From NCBI GenBank assembly GCA_963801165.1, contig CAWDDT010000013.1, forward strand, positions 128,001 to 192,000: a stretch of 64,000 bases of DNA. The letters run 5' to 3'. Position numbers and translations under genes: made by a program. How positions within the stretch are numbered: position 1 is the stretch's first letter; each line of letters opens with the position of its first letter. Below the pieces are notes generated by a model. That model had not been told where the DNA came from and ran no database searches. It was given only the letters and a program-made list of their open reading frames with translations. Shown one piece after another: positions 10,653 to 20,338 of the stretch. The DNA comes from an uncultured bacterium (GTDB lineage: Bacteria > Actinomycetota > Acidimicrobiia > Spongiisociales > UBA5794).

Positions 10653-12008
10653 TTACTCGCCTATTTCTGATTCGAAACGGCGGTGGACGGGGGAAGCGGC
10701 GTTCTCGAGACCGAGCGCATGGCGGACCTCACCGGTGACGTATAGCGAGCCGGCCACGACGACGCCGACATCTTCGCCGGCTGCGGCGATTGCGACTTCG
10801 AGCGCCACAGACGAAGGGGTAACCACTTCAGCAGGCACCCCGAGCTCCTCCGCCGCCGCGGCGGCGACCACCTCGGCAGACACCGCCAGGTCGTCGTCGG
10901 CTTGCGTGGCAACAACCCGCGTCACCAACCCACGCAACGGTGCAACCAGCTCGGCGACGTTGCGATCGCCACGGGCGCCCACGACCAGAACCCAGCCGCT
11001 CTCTGCGAATTCGCGCTGGAGCGTATCGGCCAAACCCATGAAGCCTTCCTCGTTGTGTGCTCCATCGACCAGCACCGTCGGCGCCAGCCCACCGACCTCG
11101 AGGCGGCCCGGAGACCGAACCAACGCCGCCGCCTCTCTGAGCGCATCGTGATTGAGCGCCCTCCCGAAGAAGGCTTCGGCAGCCGCAATCGACGTGCCCA
11201 GGTGCGTGGTCTGGTGCCTGCCGTGGATGCCCATCACGAGCTCCGGGTACTCGGCATACAAGCCGCGGACCGTAGTGACCCACCCTCGCTCATCCCACTC
11301 GGCGGAGACGACATCGAAGTCGATACCGGCCCGATACCAGGTCGAGTTCGTCTCCTCAACCTGGCGGCGTATCGGCTCGAGTGCCTCCTCGCCGACCGGA
11401 CCGCTCACCAGCGTTCCCTCGCTCTTGAGGATGGCGGCTTTCTCGGCCGAGATCTTGGCCTGGGTATCACCGAGCACGGACACGTGATCCATGGCTATAC
11501 CCGTGATCACCGAGACATCTGCATTCACGACGTTGGTGGCGTCCCAGCGGCCGCCCATCCCCACCTCGATCACGGCGACGTCGACTACGTCGATGGCGAA
11601 GGCGGACATTGCGACGGCGGCGGTGAGCTCGAAGTAGGTGGGACTTTCCCCGTACTGCTCCTCCTGGATGAGAACGAATGGAGCCACGTCTTCGACGGCT
11701 CGAGCGAGGTGCGTCGGCCCAAAGGCGGCTCCGCCTACTGAGTACCGATCCTCGACCCGATGCAGGTGCGGCGAAGTGAAGGTGCCTGTGAACAGACCGT
11801 GCGCTCCGAGGATGTCCGCGACCATCCTCACCGTCGTCGTCTTCCCGTTGGTGCCGGCGACGTGGATGACCGGGTACGTCAGCTGCGGATGACCCATAAG
11901 CGCCATGAGGTGCTCGATGCGCTCGAGACCGGGACGGATCCCGTCACCGATCCTGCGCTCGAGGAATGCGACGGCGGCTTCGTAGTCGCCGGGGTAGTCC
12001 GTGCTCAT
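10653..12008 (-). CDS. folC: Folylpolyglutamate synthase/dihydrofolate synthase
   Basis: Start at MSTDYPG (ATGA overlap with valS stop); IHVAGTNGK, FTSPHL, EVGMGGRWDATN, DGAHN, GSLY. Confidence 0.95.
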   Translation of the reverse strand: MSTDYPGDYEAAVAFLERRIGDGIRPGLERIEHLMALMGHPQLTYPVIHVAGTNGKTTTVRMVADILGAHGLFTGTFTSPHLHRVEDRYSVGGAAFGPTHLARAVEDVAPFVLIQEEQYGESPTYFELTAAVAMSAFAIDVVDVAVIEVGMGGRWDATNVVNADVSVITGIAMDHVSVLGDTQAKISAEKAAILKSEGTLVSGPVGEEALEPIRRQVEETNSTWYRAGIDFDVVSAEWDERGWVTTVRGLYAEYPELVMGIHGRHQTTHLGTSIAAAEAFFGRALNHDALREAAALVRSPGRLEVGGLAPTVLVDGAHNEEGFMGLADTLQREFAESGWVLVVGARGDRNVAELVAPLRGLVTRVVATQADDDLAVSAEVVAAAAAEELGVPAEVVTPSSVALEVAIAAAGEDVGVVVAGSLYVTGEVRHALGLENAASPVHRRFESEIGE

Positions 12009-14605
12009 TCCGTCAACTCGGCAAGCTGGGTGCGCAGTTTCTCGAGCTTGGCGCGGCCTTCGACGACACGCTCCCGTTCGGCGGCGACAACTTCGGCTGG
12101 CGCCTTCTCCGTGAACCCGGGGTTGGCGAGCTTCGACTCGGACCTGCTCAACGAGACCTCTGTCTCCGCGATGGTCCTCTCGAGCCGCGGCTTCTCGGCG
12201 GCGACGTCGACGAGACCAGCGAGCGGGACGAAGACCTGTATCCGCCCCGCCGCCATCCTCGTGTGGCCGGCGATAACTGTGGGAGCACCGTCGTAGTCTG
12301 CGGCGACGGTGGACATCGCCGCGAACTGTTGCCGCCACCAGTCGCCGGCGATCCCGCCGGGGTCGTCGACCAGGACGGGTATCTCCCGCTTCGGCGAGAT
12401 GCCGTGCTCGGCCCGGAACCGGCGAATGGCGACGATCAGCGTCTGCAACTCCTCCATCCCATCGGGGGCAACGGCACCGGATGGGGTGGGCCAGGTAGCC
12501 GCGGCGACCAGGCCGTCGCCAACCAGCTCCGACCACAGCTCCTCGGTGACATACGGGATGACCGGATGGAAGAGCGCGAGCAGATCACGGATGACAACAC
12601 CGAGAGTCTGTCTGGTCGTTGTGGCCGTCGCTTCGTCCCGGAGGAGCGTCTTAGCCATCTCGAGGTACCAGTCGAACACCTCGGCCCACGCAAAGTTGTA
12701 GAGAAGACCGACCGCGTCTGAGAACCGATACTCATCCAGCAGCCGGTCGTACTCGACGAGGATGGAATCGAGCCTGCTCAGGATCCAGGCATCGACCGGG
12801 CCGGGGATCGCGGGATACCCGCCTTCCACAGGAACCGTCCCCGGCTCGACGTGGCGCAGAGAGAACCGCACCGCGTTCCATAACTTGTTGCCAAAACGGC
12901 GGGCGGCGTCGATCCACTCGACGTTGAGCGGTATGTCGTGACCGGGGGCGGCGGATTGCAGCAGCGCCAGCCGGAGCGCATCGGCCCCATACTCGTCTGC
13001 GATGTCAAAGGGATCGATGGTGTTGCCCGTCGACTTAGACATCTTGCGCCCGTCGGCGGATCGCACCAAGCCGTGGATCACGACGTCGCGGAACGGCTCG
13101 GCGCCCGTGAAATGAACGCCGATCATGATCATCCGCGCCACCCAGAAGTAGATGATGTCGTATGCAGTGACCAGCACATCGGTCGGGTAGAACCTGGCCA
13201 GATCGGCTGTTTCCGCGGGCCATCCCATCGTCGAGAACGGCCACAGCTGAGAGGAGAACCAGGTATCGAGGACGTCCTGTTCCTGGCGGAGATGTTCCCC
13301 ACCGCACTGCGAGCACGCTCCGGGCTGCTCGGTGGCGACCATCGTCTCCCCACACGAGTCGCAGTACCACGCGGGAATCCGGTGCCCCCACCACAGCTGT
13401 CGGCTGATGCACCAGTCGCGCAGGTTCTCCATCCAACGGAAGTAGTTGTTCTCCCAGCGCTTGGGGACGAAACGGACCCGTTCGTCGGTGACCACGTCGA
13501 CCGACGGCTTGATCAGCGGACCGACCTTGACAAACCACTGCAACGACAGCAACGGCTCAACAACGGTTCCGCATCGTGAGCAATGACCGACGGAATGATG
13601 GTGGTCCTCGATCTTGACGATGAACCCCTGACGGTGGAGTTCGTGACGTACCGCTTCCCGGGCCTCGAACCGATCCTGACCGAAGAAGTCGCCGCCGGCC
13701 GCGGTGATGGCGGCTTCGGTGTCGATCACCTTGATCGCAGGCAGACCGTGGCGCTGCGAGATCTCGAAGTCGAGCGGGTCGTGCGCCGGGGTGACCTTCA
13801 CTGCACCAGTGCCGAACTCGAGGTCGACACCCTCATCCGCCACGACCGGGATCTTCCGCCCGACAAGTGGCAGGGTGACGGTCTTGCCGACAATGTCGCG
13901 ATAGCGGTCGTCGTCGGGGTGGACCGCCACTGCCGTGTCACCGAGCATCGTCTCGGGCCGGGTGGTGGCGACGACGACGGACCCGGTCCCGTCGCTGAAG
14001 TCGTAGCGGATGTGGGTCAGCTCGCCTGCTTCGTCCTCGTGTTCGACCTCGATGTCGGACAAGGCGGTGTGACAGCGCGGGCACCAGTTGATGATCCGCT
14101 CGCCCCTGTAGATGAGCCCCTGGTTGTACAGGTCGACAAACACCCGGCCGACCGCGTCGCTGAGCCCATCGTCGAGTGTGAACCTCTCCCGGCTCCAGTC
14201 GGTGGAGAAGCCGAGCCGACGAACCTGAGCCTTGATCCCGTCGCCGTGCTTGGCCTTCCATGCCCAGACTTGCTCGATGAACCGTTCCCGGCCGAGGTCG
14301 TGACGGCTCAAGCCCTCACGAGCAAGATCTCGCTCCACGACGTTCTGGGTCGCTATGCCGGCGTGGTCGGTGCCCGGTAGCCAGAGGGCGGCGTAGCCCT
14401 GCATGCGCTTGCGCCTGATAATGACGTCCTGGATTGACATGTTGAGCGCGTGACCGATGTGGAGCACGCCGGTAACGTTTGGCGGTGGGATGACGATGGA
14501 GAACGGTTCGCCATCCGGATTGATCTCCGGTCTGAAGACCCCGGCGTCCTCCCAAACCTGGTACCAGCGGGATTCGACAAGGTGGGGGTCGTAAGAAGCT
14601 TCCAT
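12005..14605 (-). CDS. valS: Valine--tRNA ligase, canonical bacterial type
   Basis: Start at MEASYDP; PPPNVTGVLHIGH, GTDHAGIATQ, DWCISRQLWWGHRIP, KMSKS, C-terminal coiled coil (KLANPGFTEKAP). Confidence 0.96.
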   Translation of the reverse strand: MEASYDPHLVESRWYQVWEDAGVFRPEINPDGEPFSIVIPPPNVTGVLHIGHALNMSIQDVIIRRKRMQGYAALWLPGTDHAGIATQNVVERDLAREGLSRHDLGRERFIEQVWAWKAKHGDGIKAQVRRLGFSTDWSRERFTLDDGLSDAVGRVFVDLYNQGLIYRGERIINWCPRCHTALSDIEVEHEDEAGELTHIRYDFSDGTGSVVVATTRPETMLGDTAVAVHPDDDRYRDIVGKTVTLPLVGRKIPVVADEGVDLEFGTGAVKVTPAHDPLDFEISQRHGLPAIKVIDTEAAITAAGGDFFGQDRFEAREAVRHELHRQGFIVKIEDHHHSVGHCSRCGTVVEPLLSLQWFVKVGPLIKPSVDVVTDERVRFVPKRWENNYFRWMENLRDWCISRQLWWGHRIPAWYCDSCGETMVATEQPGACSQCGGEHLRQEQDVLDTWFSSQLWPFSTMGWPAETADLARFYPTDVLVTAYDIIYFWVARMIMIGVHFTGAEPFRDVVIHGLVRSADGRKMSKSTGNTIDPFDIADEYGADALRLALLQSAAPGHDIPLNVEWIDAARRFGNKLWNAVRFSLRHVEPGTVPVEGGYPAIPGPVDAWILSRLDSILVEYDRLLDEYRFSDAVGLLYNFAWAEVFDWYLEMAKTLLRDEATATTTRQTLGVVIRDLLALFHPVIPYVTEELWSELVGDGLVAAATWPTPSGAVAPDGMEELQTLIVAIRRFRAEHGISPKREIPVLVDDPGGIAGDWWRQQFAAMSTVAADYDGAPTVIAGHTRMAAGRIQVFVPLAGLVDVAAEKPRLERTIAETEVSLSRSESKLANPGFTEKAPAEVVAAERERVVEGRAKLEKLRTQLAELTE

Positions 14606-14656
14606 CGTTCCTCGTTGCGTGCCCGACCGATGGTTCCGGCGGGTCGCGCATGATAA

Positions 14657-14695
14657 CGCAGTCGACCCGGGACGCTGGTGCCCGGGTCGACTGCG
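14657..14695. terminator. Strong GC hairpin upstream of valS (terminator or regulatory)
   Basis: cgcagtcgacccggg-acgctggtg-cccgggtcgactgcg, a 15-bp perfect inverted repeat. Confidence 0.6.
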
Positions 14696-14925
14696 CTTTA
14701 TATGCCTTCCTACCACCACGTCGCCCCCCGAGCAGTCCCCCTGCTTGCGAAATCCGAGTGGTGTGTGTGGCCCGCCGTTGCGGAGTAGGTCTCTCGACCT
14801 ACCTCGCAAATGTAATGCCACTCTCTGTGGTCAACCAGACACAAAGCGCAGTCGTGCGAAGTGACTAGTCACCTTCGCCCTGCGGGGTTCCGGTTAGATT
14901 CAGTACCGCAGAATCAGGAGGCGCG

Positions 14926-16152
14926 ATGGCGGTACGGATCACGGCAGAGACACTCATCCCGGGCAAGGGCGATCCCATCAACAACGGGACCGTGATCCTC
15001 GAAGGAGCCAGGATCTCGTATGCCGGGCCCACAGCGACGGCACCGCCCGCCACCGACGGCGACATCGCACATACGCTTCCCGCCGTGATGCCGGGAATGT
15101 GGGAAGCGCATGGACATTTTGTCGGCTCGGCGGTACCCGACCTGGAACACATGGCGACGGCCGACCCGGGAACCCTGGTCGCCAGGGCAACTGCCGATGC
15201 TGCCGCCACCCTCGACGGTGGGATCACCAGCGTCCGCGAGATGGGCGGGCTCGGCATCTCGCTCAAACCGGTGATCGACGCAGGGATCATCTCGGGGCCG
15301 ACGATCTACCCCGCCGGTTCGCTGCTGTCACCGACCGGTGGCCACGCCGATATCCACGGTCTCCCGCTCGACTTCGTGGTCACCATCGGCGACCGAGGCT
15401 TCACCTTCAGCGAGCTCGCCGACGGCGTCCCCGAGGTGCTGCGGGCCGTACGCAAGCAACTCCGCAGAGGTGCGTCGGTGATCAAGATCTGCGCCTCGGG
15501 TGGCGTGATGAGCGAGATCGACCACCCGATCCATCAGCAGTTCTCCGACGAAGAACTCACAGCGATCGTCCAGGAAGCGGCCCGTGCCGAGCGATACGTT
15601 GGCGCCCACTGTCATGGTGAACCTGGGATTGTCGCTGCTCTCCGGGCAGGCGTAATGACCATCGAACACGGGTCCTATCTCACCGAGGAAAGCGCACAGA
15701 TGATGATCGACCAGAACGCCATCCTGGTCCCGACTCGATTCGTCGTCGCGGCGTTGCTCGGGATGGAAGAAGTTCTGCCTGCGTACGCATACCGCAAGGC
15801 AGTCGCCATCGCCGATCGTCACCAGATGGCCATGAAGATCGCCGTCACGGCAGGCGTCAAGATCGCCATGGGAACCGACATCTTCGTCAGCGGGCCGTTC
15901 TACGGGCAGAACTCACTGGAGGTCAAGCACCTGATTGATGCGGGAATGACCCCGCTCGAGGCCATCGAGGCGGCAACCGCCACCGGCCCACTCACCCTCG
16001 GACCGCAGGCTCCCCTGTCGGGACAGCTGAAGGAGGACTACGACGCCGACGTGATCGCATTCGACGTCAACCCGCTCGACGACATCACCGTTTGGGGCGA
16101 CCCCGACCGGGTGACCCACATCTGGAAGGCGGGAGCGCTGGTCAAAGGGTGA
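14926..16152 (+). CDS. Metal-dependent amidohydrolase (prolidase-like)
   Basis: AHGH, IKICASGG, AHCHG, IEHG, GTD motifs. Confidence 0.88.
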   Translation: MAVRITAETLIPGKGDPINNGTVILEGARISYAGPTATAPPATDGDIAHTLPAVMPGMWEAHGHFVGSAVPDLEHMATADPGTLVARATADAAATLDGGITSVREMGGLGISLKPVIDAGIISGPTIYPAGSLLSPTGGHADIHGLPLDFVVTIGDRGFTFSELADGVPEVLRAVRKQLRRGASVIKICASGGVMSEIDHPIHQQFSDEELTAIVQEAARAERYVGAHCHGEPGIVAALRAGVMTIEHGSYLTEESAQMMIDQNAILVPTRFVVAALLGMEEVLPAYAYRKAVAIADRHQMAMKIAVTAGVKIAMGTDIFVSGPFYGQNSLEVKHLIDAGMTPLEAIEAATATGPLTLGPQAPLSGQLKEDYDADVIAFDVNPLDDITVWGDPDRVTHIWKAGALVKG

Positions 16153-16184
16153 TTCGGCAAAGCCCAATCACCTGAGGCGCCCCA

Positions 16185-16570
16185 TTCACCCTCCCTCTGG
16201 GAGGGTCGACCGGCCCGAAGGGCCAGGTCGGGGAGGGCGTCAGTAGGGGACCGAACGACCAGAAACCTCTGTTCACAAGGCCCTCACCTGCCTTCGCTTC
16301 GCTCGGCATCCTCTCCCAAAGGGAGAGGGAACAACGCCGAGCGCTCACGGGCTCCAACAGAACCGAGAACCTGAACCCCACCCGCCATCGGCATCCGAAC
16401 CTAAAGGGAGAGGGAACAACGCCGGGGTTCGGGCTCCAACAGAACCGAGAACCTACCATCGGCATCCGAACCTAAAGGGAGACGCGTCGGGCTCCAACAG
16501 AACCGAGAACCTGAACCCCACCCGCCATCGGCATCCTCTCCCAGAGGGAGAGGGAATTACGCCGAGCGCT
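16185..16570. repeat. REP-like palindromes plus a degenerate tandem repeat between convergent genes
   Basis: CCTCTCCC-N-GGGAGAGG hairpins; CGGGCTCCAACAGAACCGAGAACCT occurs three times (16348, 16430, 16488) with related intervening segments. Confidence 0.85.
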
Positions 16571-17828
16571 CTCTGGCTTCGGCGGAACCGAGATCCTGGA
16601 CCGGGATGAGTGTCGGGTTGACCCGCCCCCGGACCACGTCCTCGTCGATGACCACCCGGGCGATATCGGAGCGTGACGGTAGCTCGTACATCGTGTCGAG
16701 CAGCACTTCCTCCATGATGGCGCGCAGACCCCGGGCGCCCGTACCGCGCTTGACCGCCTGCTCGCCGATCGCCACGAGGGCGGCGTCCGTGATGACCAGC
16801 TCCACCCCATCCATCTCGAAGAACTTGGTGTACTGCTTGGTCAGGGCGTTCTTGGGCTCCTTGAGCACCTTGACCAGCGAATCGAGATCGAGGTCCTCGA
16901 CCGTGGTAACAACCGGGAGACGCCCGATGAACTCGGGGATCAGGCCATACCCGATCAAATCCTCGGGCATCACCTCGGAAAAGATCTCAGTGTCCGACCG
17001 CTTGTCGAGCGACCGCACCTCGGCACCGAACCCCACCGAGTTCTTGCCGATGCGCTTCCGAATCACCTCTTCGAGACCGGCAAATGCGCCGCCGCAGATG
17101 AACAGCATGTTGGTGGTGTCGATCTGGAGAAACTCCTGATGGGGATGCTTGCGGCCACCCTGGGGCGGGACCGACGCAACCGTTCCCTCGAGGATCTTGA
17201 GCAGAGCCTGCTGCACACCTTCACCCGATACGTCCCGGGTGATCGACGGGTTCTCGGCCTTGCGAGCGATCTTGTCGATCTCATCCAGATAGATGATGCC
17301 GGTCTCGGCTCGCTTTATGTCGAAATCCGCCGCCTGGATCAACTTGAGCAGGATGTTCTCGACATCTTCACCGACGTAGCCGGCCTCGGTGAGCGCGGTG
17401 GCGTCTGCGATCGCAAAGGGAACATTGAGGCGCCGTGCCAGCGTCTGAGCGAGCAACGTCTTGCCGACACCCGTCGGCCCGACCATCAGGATGTTGGACT
17501 TCTGGAGCTCGACGTCGTCGTCCTTGGCCTTCTGGCCCGCCCGCACCCGCTTGTAGTGGTTGTAGACGGCGACCGAGAGGACCCGCTTGGCCTTTACCTG
17601 TCCAACGACGTAACCGTCGAGGAACTCGTAGATCTCGTTCGGCTTGGGGAGTTCGGCGAAGCTGACCTCGTCGGTGTCGGCAAGCTCTTCCTCGATGATC
17701 TCGTTGCACAGCTCGACGCATTCGTCACAGATATACACACCGGGTCCGGCGATCAGTTTGCGGACCTGCTTCTGCGATTTACCACAGAAGCTGCATTTGA
17801 GGAGTTCGCCGCCTTCGTACTTGGCCAA
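16557..17828 (-). CDS. clpX: ATP-dependent Clp protease ATP-binding subunit ClpX
   Basis: CSFCGK..ICDEC Zn domain, [28 protein letters not shown]. Confidence 0.98.
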   Translation of the reverse strand: MAKYEGGELLKCSFCGKSQKQVRKLIAGPGVYICDECVELCNEIIEEELADTDEVSFAELPKPNEIYEFLDGYVVGQVKAKRVLSVAVYNHYKRVRAGQKAKDDDVELQKSNILMVGPTGVGKTLLAQTLARRLNVPFAIADATALTEAGYVGEDVENILLKLIQAADFDIKRAETGIIYLDEIDKIARKAENPSITRDVSGEGVQQALLKILEGTVASVPPQGGRKHPHQEFLQIDTTNMLFICGGAFAGLEEVIRKRIGKNSVGFGAEVRSLDKRSDTEIFSEVMPEDLIGYGLIPEFIGRLPVVTTVEDLDLDSLVKVLKEPKNALTKQYTKFFEMDGVELVITDAALVAIGEQAVKRGTGARGLRAIMEEVLLDTMYELPSRSDIARVVIDEDVVRGRVNPTLIPVQDLGSAEARERSA

Positions 17829-17843
17829 GGTGTTCTCTCTTCC

Positions 17844-18452
17844 CTACCCGGACACTGCCTCTAGCGTACGCCGTGAGAGCACCTCGTCAATAACCCCGTA
17901 GTCCTTGGACTCGGCGGCGCTCATCCAATAGTCCCGTTCCGTGTCATCCGAGACTCGCTCGATCGCCTGGCCGGTGTGCTGCACCAGGATCTCGTTTATC
18001 TCCTCGCGGGTCTTGAGGATCTCGCGAGCGTGGATCTCGATGTCGGTTGCCTGACCTGCTAAACCTGAGATGTGCGGCTGGTGGAGCATCACCCGCGCGT
18101 GGGGCAATGCGTAGCGCTTGCCGTGGGTGCCACCGGCGAGAAGCACTGCGGCAGCCGACGCCGCCAGACCCATGCAATAAGTGGCCACGTCGGCCTTGAT
18201 GAACTGCATCGTGTCGTATATGGCCATCAGCGCATAGGTGGACCCACCCGGCGAATTGATGTAGATCGAAATGTCCTTGTCGGGGTCCTCGCCCTCGAGG
18301 TGCAACAGCTGGGCCATGATCACGTTGGCGACACCGTCGTCGATGGGCGTGCCGAGAAACACAATGCGATCCTTGAGGAGGCGGCTGTATATGTCGAAGG
18401 CACGCTCCCCGCGAGGGGTGTTCTCGACGACGGTCGGCACCAGATAACTCAT
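17844..18452 (-). CDS. clpP: ATP-dependent Clp protease proteolytic subunit
   Basis: Start at [10 protein letters not shown]; [35 protein letters not shown]. Confidence 0.97.
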   Translation of the reverse strand: MSYLVPTVVENTPRGERAFDIYSRLLKDRIVFLGTPIDDGVANVIMAQLLHLEGEDPDKDISIYINSPGGSTYALMAIYDTMQFIKADVATYCMGLAASAAAVLLAGGTHGKRYALPHARVMLHQPHISGLAGQATDIEIHAREILKTREEINEILVQHTGQAIERVSDDTERDYWMSAAESKDYGVIDEVLSRRTLEAVSG

Positions 18453-18459
18453 GGTTCTC

Positions 18460-19842
18460 CTAATCCTCTTCCGCTTTCGGTTCATCGTCCCCGGCCGCGC
18501 TCTGATCCGTATCGTCCGCTCCGTCGGGCGGCCGCAAGTCGATGTGCTCACCCTCTTGGTCGATTGCCTCTGCCGAGGCAACGATACGGTCGAGGGCCTT
18601 GCGACGAAGGATATCACCGGTAAGGACCGCTACCCGCCCACTGGTGACCAACGACTCTTTGAAGGCGGCGGCGTCCTGGTTGACATCGCCCGCCATCGTG
18701 GCGATCGCTTCGTCCAGTTCCCCGTCGGCAAGATCGAGCCCCTCTATAGCGACGACGCTGTCGAGCAGGATGCGGGTGCGCAACGATCGCTCCGACCGGC
18801 CCCGTAGCTCGTCGACGAACTGCTGCTCGGTCTGACCGGTGATCCGCAGGTAGTTGGAGAAGTCGACTCCCTGCTGGTCGAGCGTATGGGCGAGATTGTG
18901 CAGCGATGCCTGGAACTCGGCATCAATCAGGGCTTCGGGCACCTCGAACGAAAGCTCCTCGGATATCTCCTCGAGCAGCTTGTTGCGAAAGGCGCTGTCT
19001 GCGGTGTCGAGCTTCATGATCGTCAGGTTGGTCCGGATCCGGTCGGTGAGGTCGGCGACGGTGTCGAACTCGGAGACGTCCGACACCCACTCGTCGGTGA
19101 CCTCGGGGAGCTTCTTAGCCCGGACTCCCTTCACCAGCACCTTGAGCATGGCCTCCAGCGACTCGTCGGCACCGAACCCGGGGGGAAGCGTTCCCGGGCC
19201 TTCGCGAATATCGCCGACCGAAGCGCCGCCGAGTAGATCGTCGAGCCCGGGGATGAACGATTTCGACCCCACCTGGTAGAGGAGGTCGTCGGCCGATGCT
19301 TCCGGCACATCCTGTCCAGCGACCGACGCCGAGAAATTGATCATTACGAAGTCGCCGTCGCCTGCGGGACGGGCTACGTCTTCGAGCTCCGCATACTGAT
19401 CGCGCAGCCGGTCGATGTGGGAGTTGATCTCGTCGTCGGAAACGGAGGGTGAGTCGATGGTGATCTTGCGACCCGCAAAGTCCGGGATGGCGTCGAGGAC
19501 GGGCCAGAGCGTCACCCTTATGTCCACATCGACTCCCCCACCCTCGGCGTCACGGACGGCCTCGAGTCGCGGCGTCGCCGCCGGTTCGAGCTCGGCCTCA
19601 TCGATGGCCGGACCGACGAGCTCGGGCAGCGAGTCGTCGATGGCCTCCTGGCGTAGAGCCTCCTCGCCCACCATGCGCTCCACGATGGAACGTGGAGCCT
19701 TGCCCGGGCGGAAACCCTTGATCTTCATTGATCTGGACAGCTTGCGAGCCGCCTTGTTCTTGGCGGACTCGAGCTCCTCCTCCTCGAGACGTATGGTCAG
19801 GATCCGCTCGAACGGACCTGCCTCTTTGATGTCGGTTTGCAC
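18460..19842 (-). CDS. tig: Trigger factor
   Basis: GTG start after GAGGAG; signature KGFRPGKAP; FKBP-like domain (FIPGLD); upstream of clpP. Confidence 0.95.
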   Translation of the reverse strand: MQTDIKEAGPFERILTIRLEEEELESAKNKAARKLSRSMKIKGFRPGKAPRSIVERMVGEEALRQEAIDDSLPELVGPAIDEAELEPAATPRLEAVRDAEGGGVDVDIRVTLWPVLDAIPDFAGRKITIDSPSVSDDEINSHIDRLRDQYAELEDVARPAGDGDFVMINFSASVAGQDVPEASADDLLYQVGSKSFIPGLDDLLGGASVGDIREGPGTLPPGFGADESLEAMLKVLVKGVRAKKLPEVTDEWVSDVSEFDTVADLTDRIRTNLTIMKLDTADSAFRNKLLEEISEELSFEVPEALIDAEFQASLHNLAHTLDQQGVDFSNYLRITGQTEQQFVDELRGRSERSLRTRILLDSVVAIEGLDLADGELDEAIATMAGDVNQDAAAFKESLVTSGRVAVLTGDILRRKALDRIVASAEAIDQEGEHIDLRPPDGADDTDQSAAGDDEPKAEED

Positions 19843-19907
19843 GGGCGGCTCCTCGAATATTGACAAAAAAAGGCACCGACGCAAGGGCGGCGCAAGCCAC
19901 GGTTACT

Positions 19908-19985
19908 TGGGGTGGCCGACGGGATTTGAACCCGCGACTTCCTGGACCACAACCAGGTGCTCTGCCAAGCTGAGCTACGACCACC
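19908..19985 (-). tRNA. tRNA-His(GTG)
   Basis: GGTGGTCGTAGCTCAGCTTGGCAGAGCACCTGGTTGTGGTCCAGG...GGTTCAAATCCCGTCGGCCACCCCA; G-1 and encoded CCA. Confidence 0.96.
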
Positions 19986-20076
19986 ATGGAGCGGATCTCT
20001 CCGCCCGCAATTCCCCCGTCGATCCGGCTTGCCGGATCACCGGAACTGCCAATGTACCGGCAAAGCCGCTACACGG

Positions 20077-20149
20077 CGCCCCCGGAAGGATTCGAACCCT
20101 CGACCAAGAGCTTAGAAGGCTCCTGCTCTGTCCCCTGAGCTACGGGGGC
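20077..20149 (-). tRNA. tRNA-Arg(TCT)
   Basis: GCCCCCGTAGCTCAGGGGACAGAGCAGGAGCCTTCTAAGCTCTT...GGTTCGAATCCTTCCGGGGGCG. Confidence 0.95.
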
Positions 20150-20200
20150 TCACCGAGGACGACGCAGGATAGGCATGTTGCCGGCACCGGCGTCCACACG

Positions 20201-20271
20201 AGCGGATGACGGGAGTCGAACCCGCGTAACCAGCTTGGAAGGCTGGGGCTCTACCACTGAGCTACATCCGC
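20201..20271 (-). tRNA. tRNA-Gly(TCC)
   Basis: GCGGATGTAGCTCAGTGGTAGAGCCCCAGCCTTCCAAGCTGG...GGTTCGACTCCCGTCATCCGCT. Confidence 0.95.
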
Positions 20272-20338
20272 AGCGGCCATGACATTAATCCTATCGAGGG
20301 CCATGTCGAAGGCTCACGACACCGGAGCGACCACCGAT

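Noticed and set aside
10540-10655. Short repeat TTCGCTCGGATTTGAGTT x2 between folC and ndk (also the 15-mer tandem at about 27862-27891)
   Set aside because: Real but short and low-copy, with no supportable function.
14606-14900. T-box riboswitch for valS
   Set aside because: No T-box consensus (GGTGGnACC) or recognisable stem I/specifier loop on the minus strand.
16300-16560. CRISPR array
   Set aside because: Only three repeats, the intervening segments resemble each other and vary in length, and there are no cas genes.
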